Shown here in pieces: positions 44,364-54,659 of a stretch of 64,000 nucleotides of DNA. Each line of letters starts with the position of its first letter. Position 1 is the first letter of the stretch. A program made the translations under genes and the position numbers. Where the stretch lies: positions 7,592 to 71,591 of the IMG/VR virus record IMGVR_UViG_3300032246_001783. One strand, given 5' to 3'. The notes below the pieces were generated by a model that was not told the origin of the DNA, ran no database searches, and was given only the letters and a program-made list of their open reading frames with translations. Origin of the DNA: a virus.

Positions 44364-45756
44364 TTAAACAGTTAGTTAGTTCTGCCAAGGGCTTAGTCCA
44401 ATCCTTGGGCACAGTTTGCCTAAAGAAACGCAGATTATCCCCATACCATATACTGGTATTACTGGGACGACCCTGTGTCGGAGGACTGAGCCAGGTGAAA
44501 TATGCAGATATAGGTATTAGACCCAGAGTGCGTGTGCCCATAATAGCCGCAGCGTGTAGCACAGAGGTACAAGAACTGACCACAAAGTCCAAGTTCTCCA
44601 ACAATGCAAAGGTATCATCGTAGGATTCAATACGATCTGACACATCAATCAGTTCTGGATACTTGATCGTTTCTTCTGAACCATCCCCGATCTGTAGTGA
44701 ATAGTATTCAACATCGTGGCCTTCTAGTGCCAATTTCAGTGCCGGCATAATTTTGTCCAAGGGCACTCTGCGATGCAGGTCCCGCTCGTTTTTAGCATTG
44801 CCCTGCCAGCGTACACCAATGCGAATTTTTTCGCTATTTTTAACCCAGGCCCATTTATCTCTGGCTGCTTGAGAAGGGTGTAGATAATTCTCTCTACGCA
44901 CCTGCTCGGGTTTAACCTGTAACCATAGAGGCACCTGCATAGCATAGGTCCACATGGCATCTTTGGGCACATTGTCCAAATTCATTACGCAGTCATAACC
45001 GCAGCGAGAGAAAATATCATAAATATCTTTTCTTGCGGTATAGTACACAGGATTAAATCCTAGATTTTTCAAGTCCTGCATCCAGCGTACGGTTATAAAT
45101 TCATCACCGATTCCGCCACCTTCCATAAACAGTATCAGGGTCTTACCTGGATACGCTCCACCATTCCAATAGGTGTAGGGCAGTTCCTTGGGACTGAACC
45201 ACAGTTCTAATTTTTTAACATTGATTAAAAATCCACCCAGACCTTTGAGAAAATGACCGGCCTGCATGTCATATGTGCCTAAATTAAAGTTGACAATGTC
45301 CCTGTGTCGTTCTGATAATGTATGCTCATTTGCTTTCATATCTCGCAAGATGGCTTCTGCTTCAGTGTTACGGCCCAACAGGTATAGGGAAAACACCATC
45401 TCCAGTTTGGTGTCAGGATCATTGGGAGTTACGGCGGCATTGATCCTAGAATAAAACAGAGACTTTTCTGGTTCATTGACATTGTTATACATCTTGCCTA
45501 GATTGGCTCGTGCGTTGTATTTGCTTTCAGGATTCGGTGCTAGGTCTAATACTTTTAATGCGTACTCTTCTGCTCGTTCTACATTTCTAACATCCAGATA
45601 CAGTTTGGCAATTAGGTTAATCTGTTCTATATTATTAGAATACTTGGCAAACACATCAATAACATCACTGGCCAACTGATCGTAATTGGCCTTTTCTAAA
45701 AATTCTACCACTTGTGCCAGCGGATCATCTTTGGCATACGCTTGATCTGGTCTCAT
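44341..45756 (-). CDS. TPR-repeat + GT9 (heptosyltransferase-like) glycosyltransferase
   Basis: Helical repeats at the N-terminus; GIGD, W.GN, SLQ and LDFVVSSCTSVLHAAAIMG. Confidence 0.8.
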   Translation of the reverse strand: MRPDQAYAKDDPLAQVVEFLEKANYDQLASDVIDVFAKYSNNIEQINLIAKLYLDVRNVERAEEYALKVLDLAPNPESKYNARANLGKMYNNVNEPEKSLFYSRINAAVTPNDPDTKLEMVFSLYLLGRNTEAEAILRDMKANEHTLSERHRDIVNFNLGTYDMQAGHFLKGLGGFLINVKKLELWFSPKELPYTYWNGGAYPGKTLILFMEGGGIGDEFITVRWMQDLKNLGFNPVYYTARKDIYDIFSRCGYDCVMNLDNVPKDAMWTYAMQVPLWLQVKPEQVRRENYLHPSQAARDKWAWVKNSEKIRIGVRWQGNAKNERDLHRRVPLDKIMPALKLALEGHDVEYYSLQIGDGSEETIKYPELIDVSDRIESYDDTFALLENLDFVVSSCTSVLHAAAIMGTRTLGLIPISAYFTWLSPPTQGRPSNTSIWYGDNLRFFRQTVPKDWTKPLAELTNCLIEQIDDK

Positions 45757-45757
45757 A

Positions 45758-46483
45758 TTATTCCCATACTGTTCCTGTAAAGTCTAACCAATAGGTTTCT
45801 AAACGCCCTTTGCGTTTGCTAAGATAGTAAAATGGCAGTGTGTGTAGTAGGCAATGAGAAGAATAAATGTAGACTAATTCTTCGGGGCCTGGCTCTAGTA
45901 CAGAAGCAAAATGGCTGACACCCGTGTCACCGCCCGCAAACACTAAGGCAGTCATTATGTGCTGGATATTCGTATCAAAGTCTGTGCTTACTGTAAATCC
46001 ATGCATGTCAAAATTTGAAGGGGGCTGCTCTCGAGCACAGACAATTCGTTCATAGTCGGGATATCGTTCATTACATTCTTTGAGTATGTTGTAAAATGCT
46101 GCCATACTCCAGTTGCGCTGAACATTGTATTCGGCGTCATAGACTGGAAAGACCACAACCTTCTTTTCTTGTGTATGTGTATTCACAATGGTGACATAGT
46201 CTCCCACAATGTCTCTGTAATCCCATACCCCTACATTCTTCCAAGGTAGGCTTTGCTGCCCCGGATATAGAGAAAAACAATCTGTCAAGGTACACAGTGT
46301 TCGAAAAAATTTCTGTATATAATCTTGAGGATTTAAAACACCTGGTTCTAGGTAGAACTGTAGTCTAGGATCATCTTTCTCTTTTCTTAGGCTGTGTACA
46401 ATGTTACATATGGCCACTAGGTCACCATTACGCACTCCCAGTGGACCAAATGTTCGAGGATTGATGTTATAAATCAACGCCAC
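45758..46483 (-). CDS. GT9-like glycosyltransferase
   Basis: RNGDLV at the N-terminus, RNW, and GGDTGVSHFA (GT9 DTG..H.A signature); GTG start overlapping the upstream stop. Confidence 0.65.
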   Translation of the reverse strand: MALIYNINPRTFGPLGVRNGDLVAICNIVHSLRKEKDDPRLQFYLEPGVLNPQDYIQKFFRTLCTLTDCFSLYPGQQSLPWKNVGVWDYRDIVGDYVTIVNTHTQEKKVVVFPVYDAEYNVQRNWSMAAFYNILKECNERYPDYERIVCAREQPPSNFDMHGFTVSTDFDTNIQHIMTALVFAGGDTGVSHFASVLEPGPEELVYIYSSHCLLHTLPFYYLSKRKGRLETYWLDFTGTVWE

Positions 46484-47247
46484 ACTTCCATGCCCTGAAC
46501 ACGCTGCCACACATCAGGAGGTAGGATAGTCTGTCTTTCAATGTATTCTACTCGCTTGCGTGTCTTGTGTAGACCGGGTAGTTGTATATCATCATCGAAT
46601 TCATCATAACTAGCTTCAACATCATTAAAGTCGTGTTGGTAGTGGGGTTCTTCGATAAAATTATACAGTGCTCTAAGTGTCTGCTCTGGATTACGGGCCA
46701 ACTGCTCATATTCTAGTAGCATAATACTGCTCTTGTGTTCACTGGTAATGGCCTGCTTAACTGCGGAATAGGCGAATCCCAATGTACGAGAAGGATTTAA
46801 CAGTGTTTCGCAACGACTGTACACATTGACATTTTCATCTGGGCTAAACATACTGGTAAAACTATAGGGATTTTTTCTCACCAAGGTTTCAAAACTGTCC
46901 AGTACCCAACCAATGTCTCGTACGCACAAGATCATTTTTAAATCTGGGTACAGATCTTTCACTGTGGGCAACAGCAAGGGCCACCCTCGATTATGATTGA
47001 AGTAAACTTGTTTACCTGGTGTATCGTGATAGTTATCAAACAGGCCCGCAATTAGGCGTTTGCGTCGCTCGGGAGGACATTCGTATTTGTATCCTCCTTG
47101 GCTAGAAGATTCTGTGATTATGGCTCGTACAAATCTAGCCAGTGGCCCGCTAATGCTGGCTTCAAATCTGGGGTTTTGATTCAGTATGGTGCCAAGTAAG
47201 GTACTGCCCGCACGAGGCAGGCCCGCGGTTAGAACAAATTTTTTCAA
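46474..47247 (-). CDS. sulfotransferase family protein
   Basis: GLPRAGSTLL..ILNQNP, VRD...VLDSF, YEQL..NP; AGGAG SD before TTG. Confidence 0.85.
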   Translation of the reverse strand: MKKFVLTAGLPRAGSTLLGTILNQNPRFEASISGPLARFVRAIITESSSQGGYKYECPPERRKRLIAGLFDNYHDTPGKQVYFNHNRGWPLLLPTVKDLYPDLKMILCVRDIGWVLDSFETLVRKNPYSFTSMFSPDENVNVYSRCETLLNPSRTLGFAYSAVKQAITSEHKSSIMLLEYEQLARNPEQTLRALYNFIEEPHYQHDFNDVEASYDEFDDDIQLPGLHKTRKRVEYIERQTILPPDVWQRVQGMEVWR

Positions 47248-47304
47248 TTGTAATTCTCCTGAACACTATTAGTATATATGTTCAGTGATAGCGTGTAAAG
47301 AGTT

Positions 47305-49488
47305 TTATGGCAAATCTGGGCTTTGTATGGCAGCAGTGTGATAATAACCGCAAGAACCATACACTGTGCTTTTCCAAGAGGTCAGCGTGCCTACTTGTAC
47401 AGGGCTAGATGTGTTTGAACCGCTACCGCTATTTCCATTAGCCAACTGTCCGTAATTATTTCTTCCCCAACTCCACAATGTGCCGTCAGTCTTTATGGCT
47501 GTAGTCCACCCATACCCGCAACTTATCTGCTTCCAATTAGATAACGAACCCACCTGCACCGGACTACTTTGATCAGTGGTGTTCCACGAACCCAATGCCC
47601 CATCACTATTTTGCCCCCACATCCACAGTTTACCATCATTGGTGATTGCGGCCATATGATGGCGACCTCCGATGACAGATCTCCATGTGGTCAATGCGCC
47701 CACCTGTACTGGACTACTGTAGTTAATGGTATTGCCAACCCCAAGTTCACCACTACTATTTGTTCCCCAAGTCCACAGTGTGCCGTCAGTTTTTATAGCG
47801 GCAGAAGATCGGGCGCTGGCCGCTACCTGTTTCCACGTAGTTAATGAGCCTACTTGCACCGGGCTGCTATATGCGTCCTCAGAAGTATTCAATCCTAGCC
47901 ATCCCCCTACACCAAAGTATGCGTTTTCTCCCCAAGCCCATAACGTACCGTCATTTTTTGTAGCCAGCACATGAAAACTACCTGCAGAAATCTGTTTCCA
48001 ATCAGTTAAGGTACCTACCTGTACAGGACTACTGTAGTCGACAATGTTACCTTGACCTAGTTCTCCATATCCATCGCGGCCCCAAGCCCACATCGTGCCA
48101 TCAGTCTTTAAAGCAACTACAGTACCATATCCACAAACTAAACTCTTCCATGAGGTCAACGTTCCCACCTGCACCGGACTGCTACGATCAGCGGTGTCTC
48201 CCTGACCTAATTGTCCGAAACCATTCCAACCCCAAGTCCACAGTGTGCCGTCAGTTTTTATAGCGGCTCCCGATCGATAACCACAACTGACCTGTCGCCA
48301 AGTGGTTAGTGTTCCGACCTGAACCGGACTATAGGTATCACTAATACTATTTTGCCCAGTTGCTCCGTAATCACCAATACCCCAAGTCCACAGGCCTGCA
48401 GTGAGATACTGTTCTTTTCTTAGAAACATATCTCCCATATCCACTACAGTGGAGGTAGCAGCACCGTTGGCATCTCGAATAGGGAATCTTATGTTAGCGG
48501 GAAATACTGTGCCGCTAGCAGAAGGTTCTTCCCAGGATCCAATAGATGGTAGTGTAAGGCTTCTCGCACGGCCCACGATATCGAGGTCACTGGTATAGGT
48601 CGCATCTCGTGTGCCGCCTCGAATCAGGGGCGAGGATTTTCTCAATCTAAAATTCCCTGTACCTGTTGTGGTGTCAACAAATTGTGCAGATGTAGTTAAC
48701 CCTGTTAAGGAGTTTGATCCCCAGTTTGTAGGGCCTGAGGATAAGTTAGTGGCATTATTATTGCTGCTAGTCGAGAATGTTACTCCACTGCCGCCGGTGA
48801 ACAGCGTATCGAAACCAAATATGGCGCAATTTTTTACAATTGGATTGGAATATTCGTTAATAATTGCAGTTCGAGCAGAATAAGCACCTGTATTAATAAT
48901 AGTCGAGTTGATAATAGCACTTGCATTAGCAATGCCATAGCAGCCTTTTGATACAAAAAGACAATTTATCACTACATTTGTAAACCAAGATATTAAACTA
49001 TAGGCAGCAGACACTCCATCGTAGTTTGAAGTAATGATGCAATTTTTAAGTGTCGAATTTTGCCCCAACGAGTCACTAGTAATAACACCTGAACCACTAT
49101 ATAGAAAAGTAGTCTGCGTTTGTTTTAGTTGTAAGCCTTCTATAACGGTATACGCACATTGATTACCTAAAACTCCGTGTGCTCCATAAAGTGCGATACC
49201 TTTTATTGGATCATAATTTGCAGGTCCTGTTGCTGATCTGTCTGAGAATCCTAATCCCGGATAAGGCTTAATACGAATGAATCTAGTTGCGTCAGTAGTT
49301 TTACCACTAATACTGGTCCCGTAGTTTCCTGCATTCCATTCATAGTTACCCGCAGCACTTTCAGCAATTAAAATATCCCATTGCTGATCAGCAGTGACTA
49401 GATTAGAAGGTACAGCGGCCAATGCGGCAGCCAGTGATGTGTAATCACCTCCAGTATATCGAACAATTTTGGTTACAACGGTAGGCAT
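47305..49488 (-). CDS. beta-helix + RCC1-repeat beta-propeller protein
   Basis: About seven (K.DGTLW.WG.N..GQLG...YSSPVQVG.L..W) repeats; N-terminal pectin-lyase-like region. Confidence 0.85.
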   Translation of the reverse strand: MPTVVTKIVRYTGGDYTSLAAALAAVPSNLVTADQQWDILIAESAAGNYEWNAGNYGTSISGKTTDATRFIRIKPYPGLGFSDRSATGPANYDPIKGIALYGAHGVLGNQCAYTVIEGLQLKQTQTTFLYSGSGVITSDSLGQNSTLKNCIITSNYDGVSAAYSLISWFTNVVINCLFVSKGCYGIANASAIINSTIINTGAYSARTAIINEYSNPIVKNCAIFGFDTLFTGGSGVTFSTSSNNNATNLSSGPTNWGSNSLTGLTTSAQFVDTTTGTGNFRLRKSSPLIRGGTRDATYTSDLDIVGRARSLTLPSIGSWEEPSASGTVFPANIRFPIRDANGAATSTVVDMGDMFLRKEQYLTAGLWTWGIGDYGATGQNSISDTYSPVQVGTLTTWRQVSCGYRSGAAIKTDGTLWTWGWNGFGQLGQGDTADRSSPVQVGTLTSWKSLVCGYGTVVALKTDGTMWAWGRDGYGELGQGNIVDYSSPVQVGTLTDWKQISAGSFHVLATKNDGTLWAWGENAYFGVGGWLGLNTSEDAYSSPVQVGSLTTWKQVAASARSSAAIKTDGTLWTWGTNSSGELGVGNTINYSSPVQVGALTTWRSVIGGRHHMAAITNDGKLWMWGQNSDGALGSWNTTDQSSPVQVGSLSNWKQISCGYGWTTAIKTDGTLWSWGRNNYGQLANGNSGSGSNTSSPVQVGTLTSWKSTVYGSCGYYHTAAIQSPDLP

Positions 49489-49489
49489 A

Positions 49490-49816
49490 TTAACTTAACA
49501 TTTCCTGGTTATATAATCCTATAAGCGGAGAATCAAGATCAGGTTTCTTAAACTCACAATCCCAATAGGCTTCTTCACTGATTACTTCTATCTCATGAAA
49601 CAATCCAGCGGCCACTAAAAATCTGCAAGGACCCGCATACACAGTTTCTTTTACTGGCTCTCCATCTAAACTATACTTATACTTGACTCGTATTGTGGTG
49701 CCGGGGTGAACATAACTATCGTGATCGACCCAATGTCTATGGCCACGGTAGACAAATCCCTGCGGTAGTGGACCGTGGCAGCGTATCCAAATATCTCCTT
49801 GATCAACTTCTCGCAT
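49490..49816 (-). CDS. cupin-like protein
   Basis: GHRHWVDH...HEIE..SEEA..DC. Confidence 0.5.
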   Translation of the reverse strand: MREVDQGDIWIRCHGPLPQGFVYRGHRHWVDHDSYVHPGTTIRVKYKYSLDGEPVKETVYAGPCRFLVAAGLFHEIEVISEEAYWDCEFKKPDLDSPLIGLYNQEMLS

Positions 49817-49824
49817 AGTTGTCC

Positions 49825-52809
49825 TTATACTTGTCCATCGGATATGGCTACAATATGATAGGTTCCAGCGGCGGCTGATTTCCAGGTAGTTAGTGAACCT
49901 ACCTGCACTGGACTGCTATATTTAACGGTATTACCTTGTCCTAGTTGTCCAGAATCATTGTTCCCCCATAGCCACAATGTACCATCAGTTTTAATAGCAC
50001 ATACTGTATTGCCTGAAAAGACTTTGGTGCCTCCTGATACAGTTTTCCAATTAGTCAATGATCCAACCTGTATCGGGCTGCTATAGTTAACGGTATTACC
50101 TACACCTACTTGCCCATTATTGTTATAACCCCAGGCCCACAATGTGCCGTCAGTTTTTGTAGCATAACTAGTATAACCGCCAGCAGCAACATATTTCCAA
50201 GTATTCAAAGAACCTATTTGAACCGGGCTAGCATATACTACAGTGTTATTTAGACCTAAGCTGCCATAAGTATTATATCCCCATGCCCATAGTGTGCCGT
50301 CTGTTTTTACTGCAACAGTATGTGAATAACCGCAGGCCAATTGCCCCCAATTAGTATCCGCACCCACTTGTACAAAGGTAGTACCGGCGGACGCACTCAG
50401 GTATCCGATTGAATAACCACATCCCCATAATGTGCCATTGGTCTTTATACCAAAGGTATTATATCCTTGCGGAGCAACGTATCGCCAATCAGTATCGGTA
50501 CCGGCTTGGACCGGGCTGCTACGACCAGAGGTATCGCCTAAACCTAACCCTCCGTATGAATTATTCCCTCCCCAAGCATAAAGTTTTCCGTCAGTTGTTA
50601 TGGCAAAAGAATTTCTATACCCTGCTGAAATATATTTCCAGGTAGTTAAGGACCCTACCTGCACAGGACTACTATAGTTGACAATATTATTCACACCCAA
50701 TTGGCCAGATCCGTTATACCCAACGCTCCATAATGTTCCGTCATTTTTGATCATAAGAGACCAATCATTTCCTGCAAAAATACTCTTCCACGAGGTTAAT
50801 GATCCAACCTGTAAAGGACTGCTATAGTTAATGCTATTGTTGCCTACTCCTAACTGTCCGTAGAAGTTGCCGCCCCAAGCATACAGGCCAGGACTGGTTC
50901 TACCTGGCACCAGATTGGGATATACATCTAGACCATAGTCCTTGCTAACATAATAACTGCCCATATCAACTACAGCACCGGTCTGTGGGTTTCGACTCTG
51001 TATACCAGTGACCAGTCTATTAGACAAATACTCCCAGGCCCCTATAGTGGGTGCTGCGGTGCTGCGGGGTCGACCTATAATGTCCGCATCTCCTGTGTAC
51101 TGTTGATCACGAACCGCATTATTAATTAAAGAACTGTATTCTCTAATTCTATAATCTTCAGAACCAGAGGCGATATTATTAAATTGACTGCTGGTGGTTA
51201 GGCTTACCACAGTGCCGGTACTGGTCCAACCTATGGTAGATAAATTAGTGGCGTTATTGGTAGAACGACCTTGATCTATTTTGCTAATGCCATTAGTAAA
51301 GGTATTCCAATTAAACACCGCACAATTCTTTACTACATTTCCTCCGGCGTAGGCATCGTGAAATTTAAATGCATACCAAGATCCGGCGCCAATAAGTGTG
51401 GAATTTCTAAATAGTGAATTGTACCCGAGATACTCACTGGTCAATGAAACATCAGGGGAGGTAACAGTTACTAGACAATTATTAACCACCGTTGCGTTAT
51501 GAAACGGAACGCCAATAGTGGCCTGTAGGATACAAGAATCATATATAACGCCCGCACCACTTGACATAATAAAACCTCCTGCGCCGGAAGTTTTTCTAAT
51601 CTGTAAACCGCTAAGAAGAGTTCGGGGAGTAGTAGTATAACTCATCACAGAAGTATAGCTATCAGCTAATGCTATTGATACACCGGTATTGGTATTATAA
51701 GCTAGAGCAGTTCCGCCAGATATATTATCTCTAAAACTTTGTCCCGGGGCAGCAGTTAACCAAAAATATCTAGCAGCATCTGACCCAGCAGGCGGCGTGC
51801 CAACTCCGGCATTATTGTACGTCCATTCTCCCCCGGGATTAGAACCTTCCTTGAACAGTACTCCCTTCCAAACCCAATCTTTAGTGGTCAGCGTAGGTGC
51901 TGCTTCGGCCCAACTTTTTACTGTAGAATAAGATCGTTGCGTGGTTGCTGAACCGGTACTAGGTGCCGCAGTGGTAGAAAATGGATCTCCTACCACTGTT
52001 AATGTAGTGCCTGTAACTGCCGTGATCACATAACTGTTAGCGCCAGTGACCAACTTGTCCCCTACATTGGTCACAGTGGAGGTTGCGGTTAGTGTAACTT
52101 TATAAGCATAACTGTGTCCATCTACAGTAGCAGACTCCTGTGTGCTCACAGTCACAGTACTGGTCGAACGTGTGCCTATAGAAAGAGGCACAGTAGCCAC
52201 ACTTAACGTTTGTATAACTAAAGAAGTAGCGGTTTGTGAATTGCCGCCCCCATTATCAAATATTTGATAACTGGCCCAATTTCCCTGTGGTAGAGGATAC
52301 GGATCGGTATATGATGTAGAATAAGTATTACCTCCATATGTAATAGAAGCAGTTACAGTACCGGGTATGGTACAATCTAGTACCACTGAGGTTAACAGGT
52401 TAGTCCACCAAGTGCCTGCTGTACTAATACTAGATACATTGGAGCTAACACCGTTTTCTACTCGAAGGATTGAAGGAGATTCTATGCCGCCCCCCCTTAG
52501 ATAAAATTGATAATAACTACTTGCGCTGTCTGCACTTGATGCGTTGGCATTCAAAAGAAAATAAAAGTTTCCGTTATTCAATCCCTTCACACTAATAGCA
52601 GACACACGCTGCGAAGGAGTATTAACACGGTAGGCTAGTGGATAATAATTGCTTCCTACAATACCACCTGTAGCACTTCGATAGTGACCGCCTCCATAGT
52701 ACTGAGTCTGCTGCCACTTATTACCTAATTTATTAATAGGATCAGGATAGGTACCGTTGAGTGTGCTAGTTCCTGTGGAACTTTGTTGGACAAGGGTTAC
52801 TAATGGCAT
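49825..52809 (-). CDS. lectin/beta-helix + RCC1-repeat protein
   Basis: Same C-terminal RCC1 repeats; central region homologous to the N-terminus of 47305..49488. Confidence 0.85.
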   Translation of the reverse strand: MPLVTLVQQSSTGTSTLNGTYPDPINKLGNKWQQTQYYGGGHYRSATGGIVGSNYYPLAYRVNTPSQRVSAISVKGLNNGNFYFLLNANASSADSASSYYQFYLRGGGIESPSILRVENGVSSNVSSISTAGTWWTNLLTSVVLDCTIPGTVTASITYGGNTYSTSYTDPYPLPQGNWASYQIFDNGGGNSQTATSLVIQTLSVATVPLSIGTRSTSTVTVSTQESATVDGHSYAYKVTLTATSTVTNVGDKLVTGANSYVITAVTGTTLTVVGDPFSTTAAPSTGSATTQRSYSTVKSWAEAAPTLTTKDWVWKGVLFKEGSNPGGEWTYNNAGVGTPPAGSDAARYFWLTAAPGQSFRDNISGGTALAYNTNTGVSIALADSYTSVMSYTTTPRTLLSGLQIRKTSGAGGFIMSSGAGVIYDSCILQATIGVPFHNATVVNNCLVTVTSPDVSLTSEYLGYNSLFRNSTLIGAGSWYAFKFHDAYAGGNVVKNCAVFNWNTFTNGISKIDQGRSTNNATNLSTIGWTSTGTVVSLTTSSQFNNIASGSEDYRIREYSSLINNAVRDQQYTGDADIIGRPRSTAAPTIGAWEYLSNRLVTGIQSRNPQTGAVVDMGSYYVSKDYGLDVYPNLVPGRTSPGLYAWGGNFYGQLGVGNNSINYSSPLQVGSLTSWKSIFAGNDWSLMIKNDGTLWSVGYNGSGQLGVNNIVNYSSPVQVGSLTTWKYISAGYRNSFAITTDGKLYAWGGNNSYGGLGLGDTSGRSSPVQAGTDTDWRYVAPQGYNTFGIKTNGTLWGCGYSIGYLSASAGTTFVQVGADTNWGQLACGYSHTVAVKTDGTLWAWGYNTYGSLGLNNTVVYASPVQIGSLNTWKYVAAGGYTSYATKTDGTLWAWGYNNNGQVGVGNTVNYSSPIQVGSLTNWKTVSGGTKVFSGNTVCAIKTDGTLWLWGNNDSGQLGQGNTVKYSSPVQVGSLTTWKSAAAGTYHIVAISDGQV

Positions 52810-52823
52810 AATGTATTATTTAA

Positions 52824-53495
52824 TCACTGTGGACCAGGCCTAGAGGGATTAGGTCTAGAATTTTCTTCCAGTGCGGCACCGATCACTTTCAATGCGGCCA
52901 TATCCTCTGCTGCGTCAATGGCATCCCCCTGTGCCTTTTCCCAGTCAAATGCTGCTTGAACGTGCGCGGCAATAGCAGACACCATTAGTTCAACATTGGC
53001 CAAATCTAATTCCAAGAATCCTTCTGGAAATTTCCAATTGACTGTGCCAGTACCGATAGTGGTCAATAAGTTATTCCACTGTGTTCTAGCATCGCCTCGA
53101 GCAGTGGATAAGTTAATGGACACTGTGTCTATAGTGGCTGTAGTGCCGCTGACTTCTCGATTGTATCGTTGACCTGCTACTTGATCCTTGAGACCTTGAC
53201 GCACAATATGTAGTGGTTTATCCTGTTTGGTATATGTCTCCAATGCGGTCATATTGGGCATGATAGTCCAAGTTGGTCCCACTGGATCTTCATACCTATT
53301 ATCGATATCAGGTGATTGTGTTTCTGCAATAGGAAATATCTCCAACTCTGGAGTGAACTGTAAGTAGCCCTGTTCGGTGGGTGGTACAATGTAGGCCACT
53401 TCCAGGTCATCTAGTTCACTCTGAATAAATCTATACCGCCAGTCTATGGGGCCTAGTAGTACAGTTTGTCTATTTTCCATTAATACATATTTCAT
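52824..53495 (-). CDS. tail-fibre-associated protein (DUF4376-like)
   Basis: R...E.SG, NWK...GF, HVQAAF..E pattern. Confidence 0.6.
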   Translation of the reverse strand: MKYVLMENRQTVLLGPIDWRYRFIQSELDDLEVAYIVPPTEQGYLQFTPELEIFPIAETQSPDIDNRYEDPVGPTWTIMPNMTALETYTKQDKPLHIVRQGLKDQVAGQRYNREVSGTTATIDTVSINLSTARGDARTQWNNLLTTIGTGTVNWKFPEGFLELDLANVELMVSAIAAHVQAAFDWEKAQGDAIDAAEDMAALKVIGAALEENSRPNPSRPGPQ

Positions 53496-53507
53496 TTTTA
53501 TACTCTC

Positions 53508-54659
53508 TTATATTTCTCTGTAGGTTACGGCCCCGAGTGAGATTCTATCTGACGAAGCCTGTTTCCAATATGTCGATGAACCCACCTGCACAGGACTGCT
53601 ATAGTCAGCGGTATTTCCCTGACCCAATTGGCCGGTATTGCCGGCTCCCCAAGCCCATAATGTGCCGTCGGTTTTAACCGCCGTCGTCAGTCCTCCTTTA
53701 TTAGAGACCTGTTTCCAATTAGTTAGTGTGCCTACCTGTACCGGACTGCTATAGTTAACGGTATTACCGATACCCAATTGTCCAGAACTGTTCAACCCCC
53801 ACCCCCACAGTGTACCATCGGTTTTTATAGCAAATGAAGTATGGCCGACTTCATCACTTAGTCTTTTCCAATTAGTCAATGTGCCTACCTGTACGGGGCT
53901 GCTATAGTTAGAGATATTTCCTAGTCCCAATTGTCCTTGAGCGTTATATCCCCAGGCATAAAGTTTTCCGTCAGTTGTTATGGCCATTGTATAGTCGGGG
54001 TCGCCGGGAGTTGTTCCGTATCCACAGACTACCTGTTTCCATGTGGTGTTAGTACCTACTTTCACTGGACTACCTCGATCGGTTGTGTCCCCTAATCCTA
54101 ACGCACCAACATTGTTATATCCCCAGCCCCAGAGTGTTCCGTCAGTTTTTATGGCCATTTTAGCGTTTTGACCGCAACTAACCTGTCTCCAGTTATTATC
54201 TGAGCCAACTAGAATTGGGCTGCTAGTACCAGTATCATACCCCCACTCCCAAAGTGTTCCATCGGTTTTTATGGCTTTAACAAAGCCCCCCCCAAGAGAC
54301 ACCTGTTTCCATGTACTGCCGCCTCCTGCTAGAACCGGACTACTATAAGAAACGGTGTTGCTATTTCCAATTTCTCCGTTACGATTATATCCCCAGCCCC
54401 ATAGTGTTCCGTCGGTTTTTATTGCTACCGTACTACTGTACCCACAACAAATCTGTTTCCAGTTAATTAAACTACCTACCTGTGTTATACGACTTCGACC
54501 GGTAGTATCTCCTAAACCCAATTGCCCCCTACCATTATATCCACAACTAAACAATACATTACCCACATACTGGTCCACAAGCCAGGCATCGGTGACATAT
54601 TCATCATCAAGGTCCTTGTCCCCCAGTTGTGCGTCGGGCATTCTAATGTTTACTGTCAT
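53508..54659 (-). CDS. RCC1-repeat beta-propeller protein
   Basis: About seven KTDGTLWGWG repeats. Confidence 0.85.
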   Translation of the reverse strand: MTVNIRMPDAQLGDKDLDDEYVTDAWLVDQYVGNVLFSCGYNGRGQLGLGDTTGRSRITQVGSLINWKQICCGYSSTVAIKTDGTLWGWGYNRNGEIGNSNTVSYSSPVLAGGGSTWKQVSLGGGFVKAIKTDGTLWEWGYDTGTSSPILVGSDNNWRQVSCGQNAKMAIKTDGTLWGWGYNNVGALGLGDTTDRGSPVKVGTNTTWKQVVCGYGTTPGDPDYTMAITTDGKLYAWGYNAQGQLGLGNISNYSSPVQVGTLTNWKRLSDEVGHTSFAIKTDGTLWGWGLNSSGQLGIGNTVNYSSPVQVGTLTNWKQVSNKGGLTTAVKTDGTLWAWGAGNTGQLGQGNTADYSSPVQVGSSTYWKQASSDRISLGAVTYREI

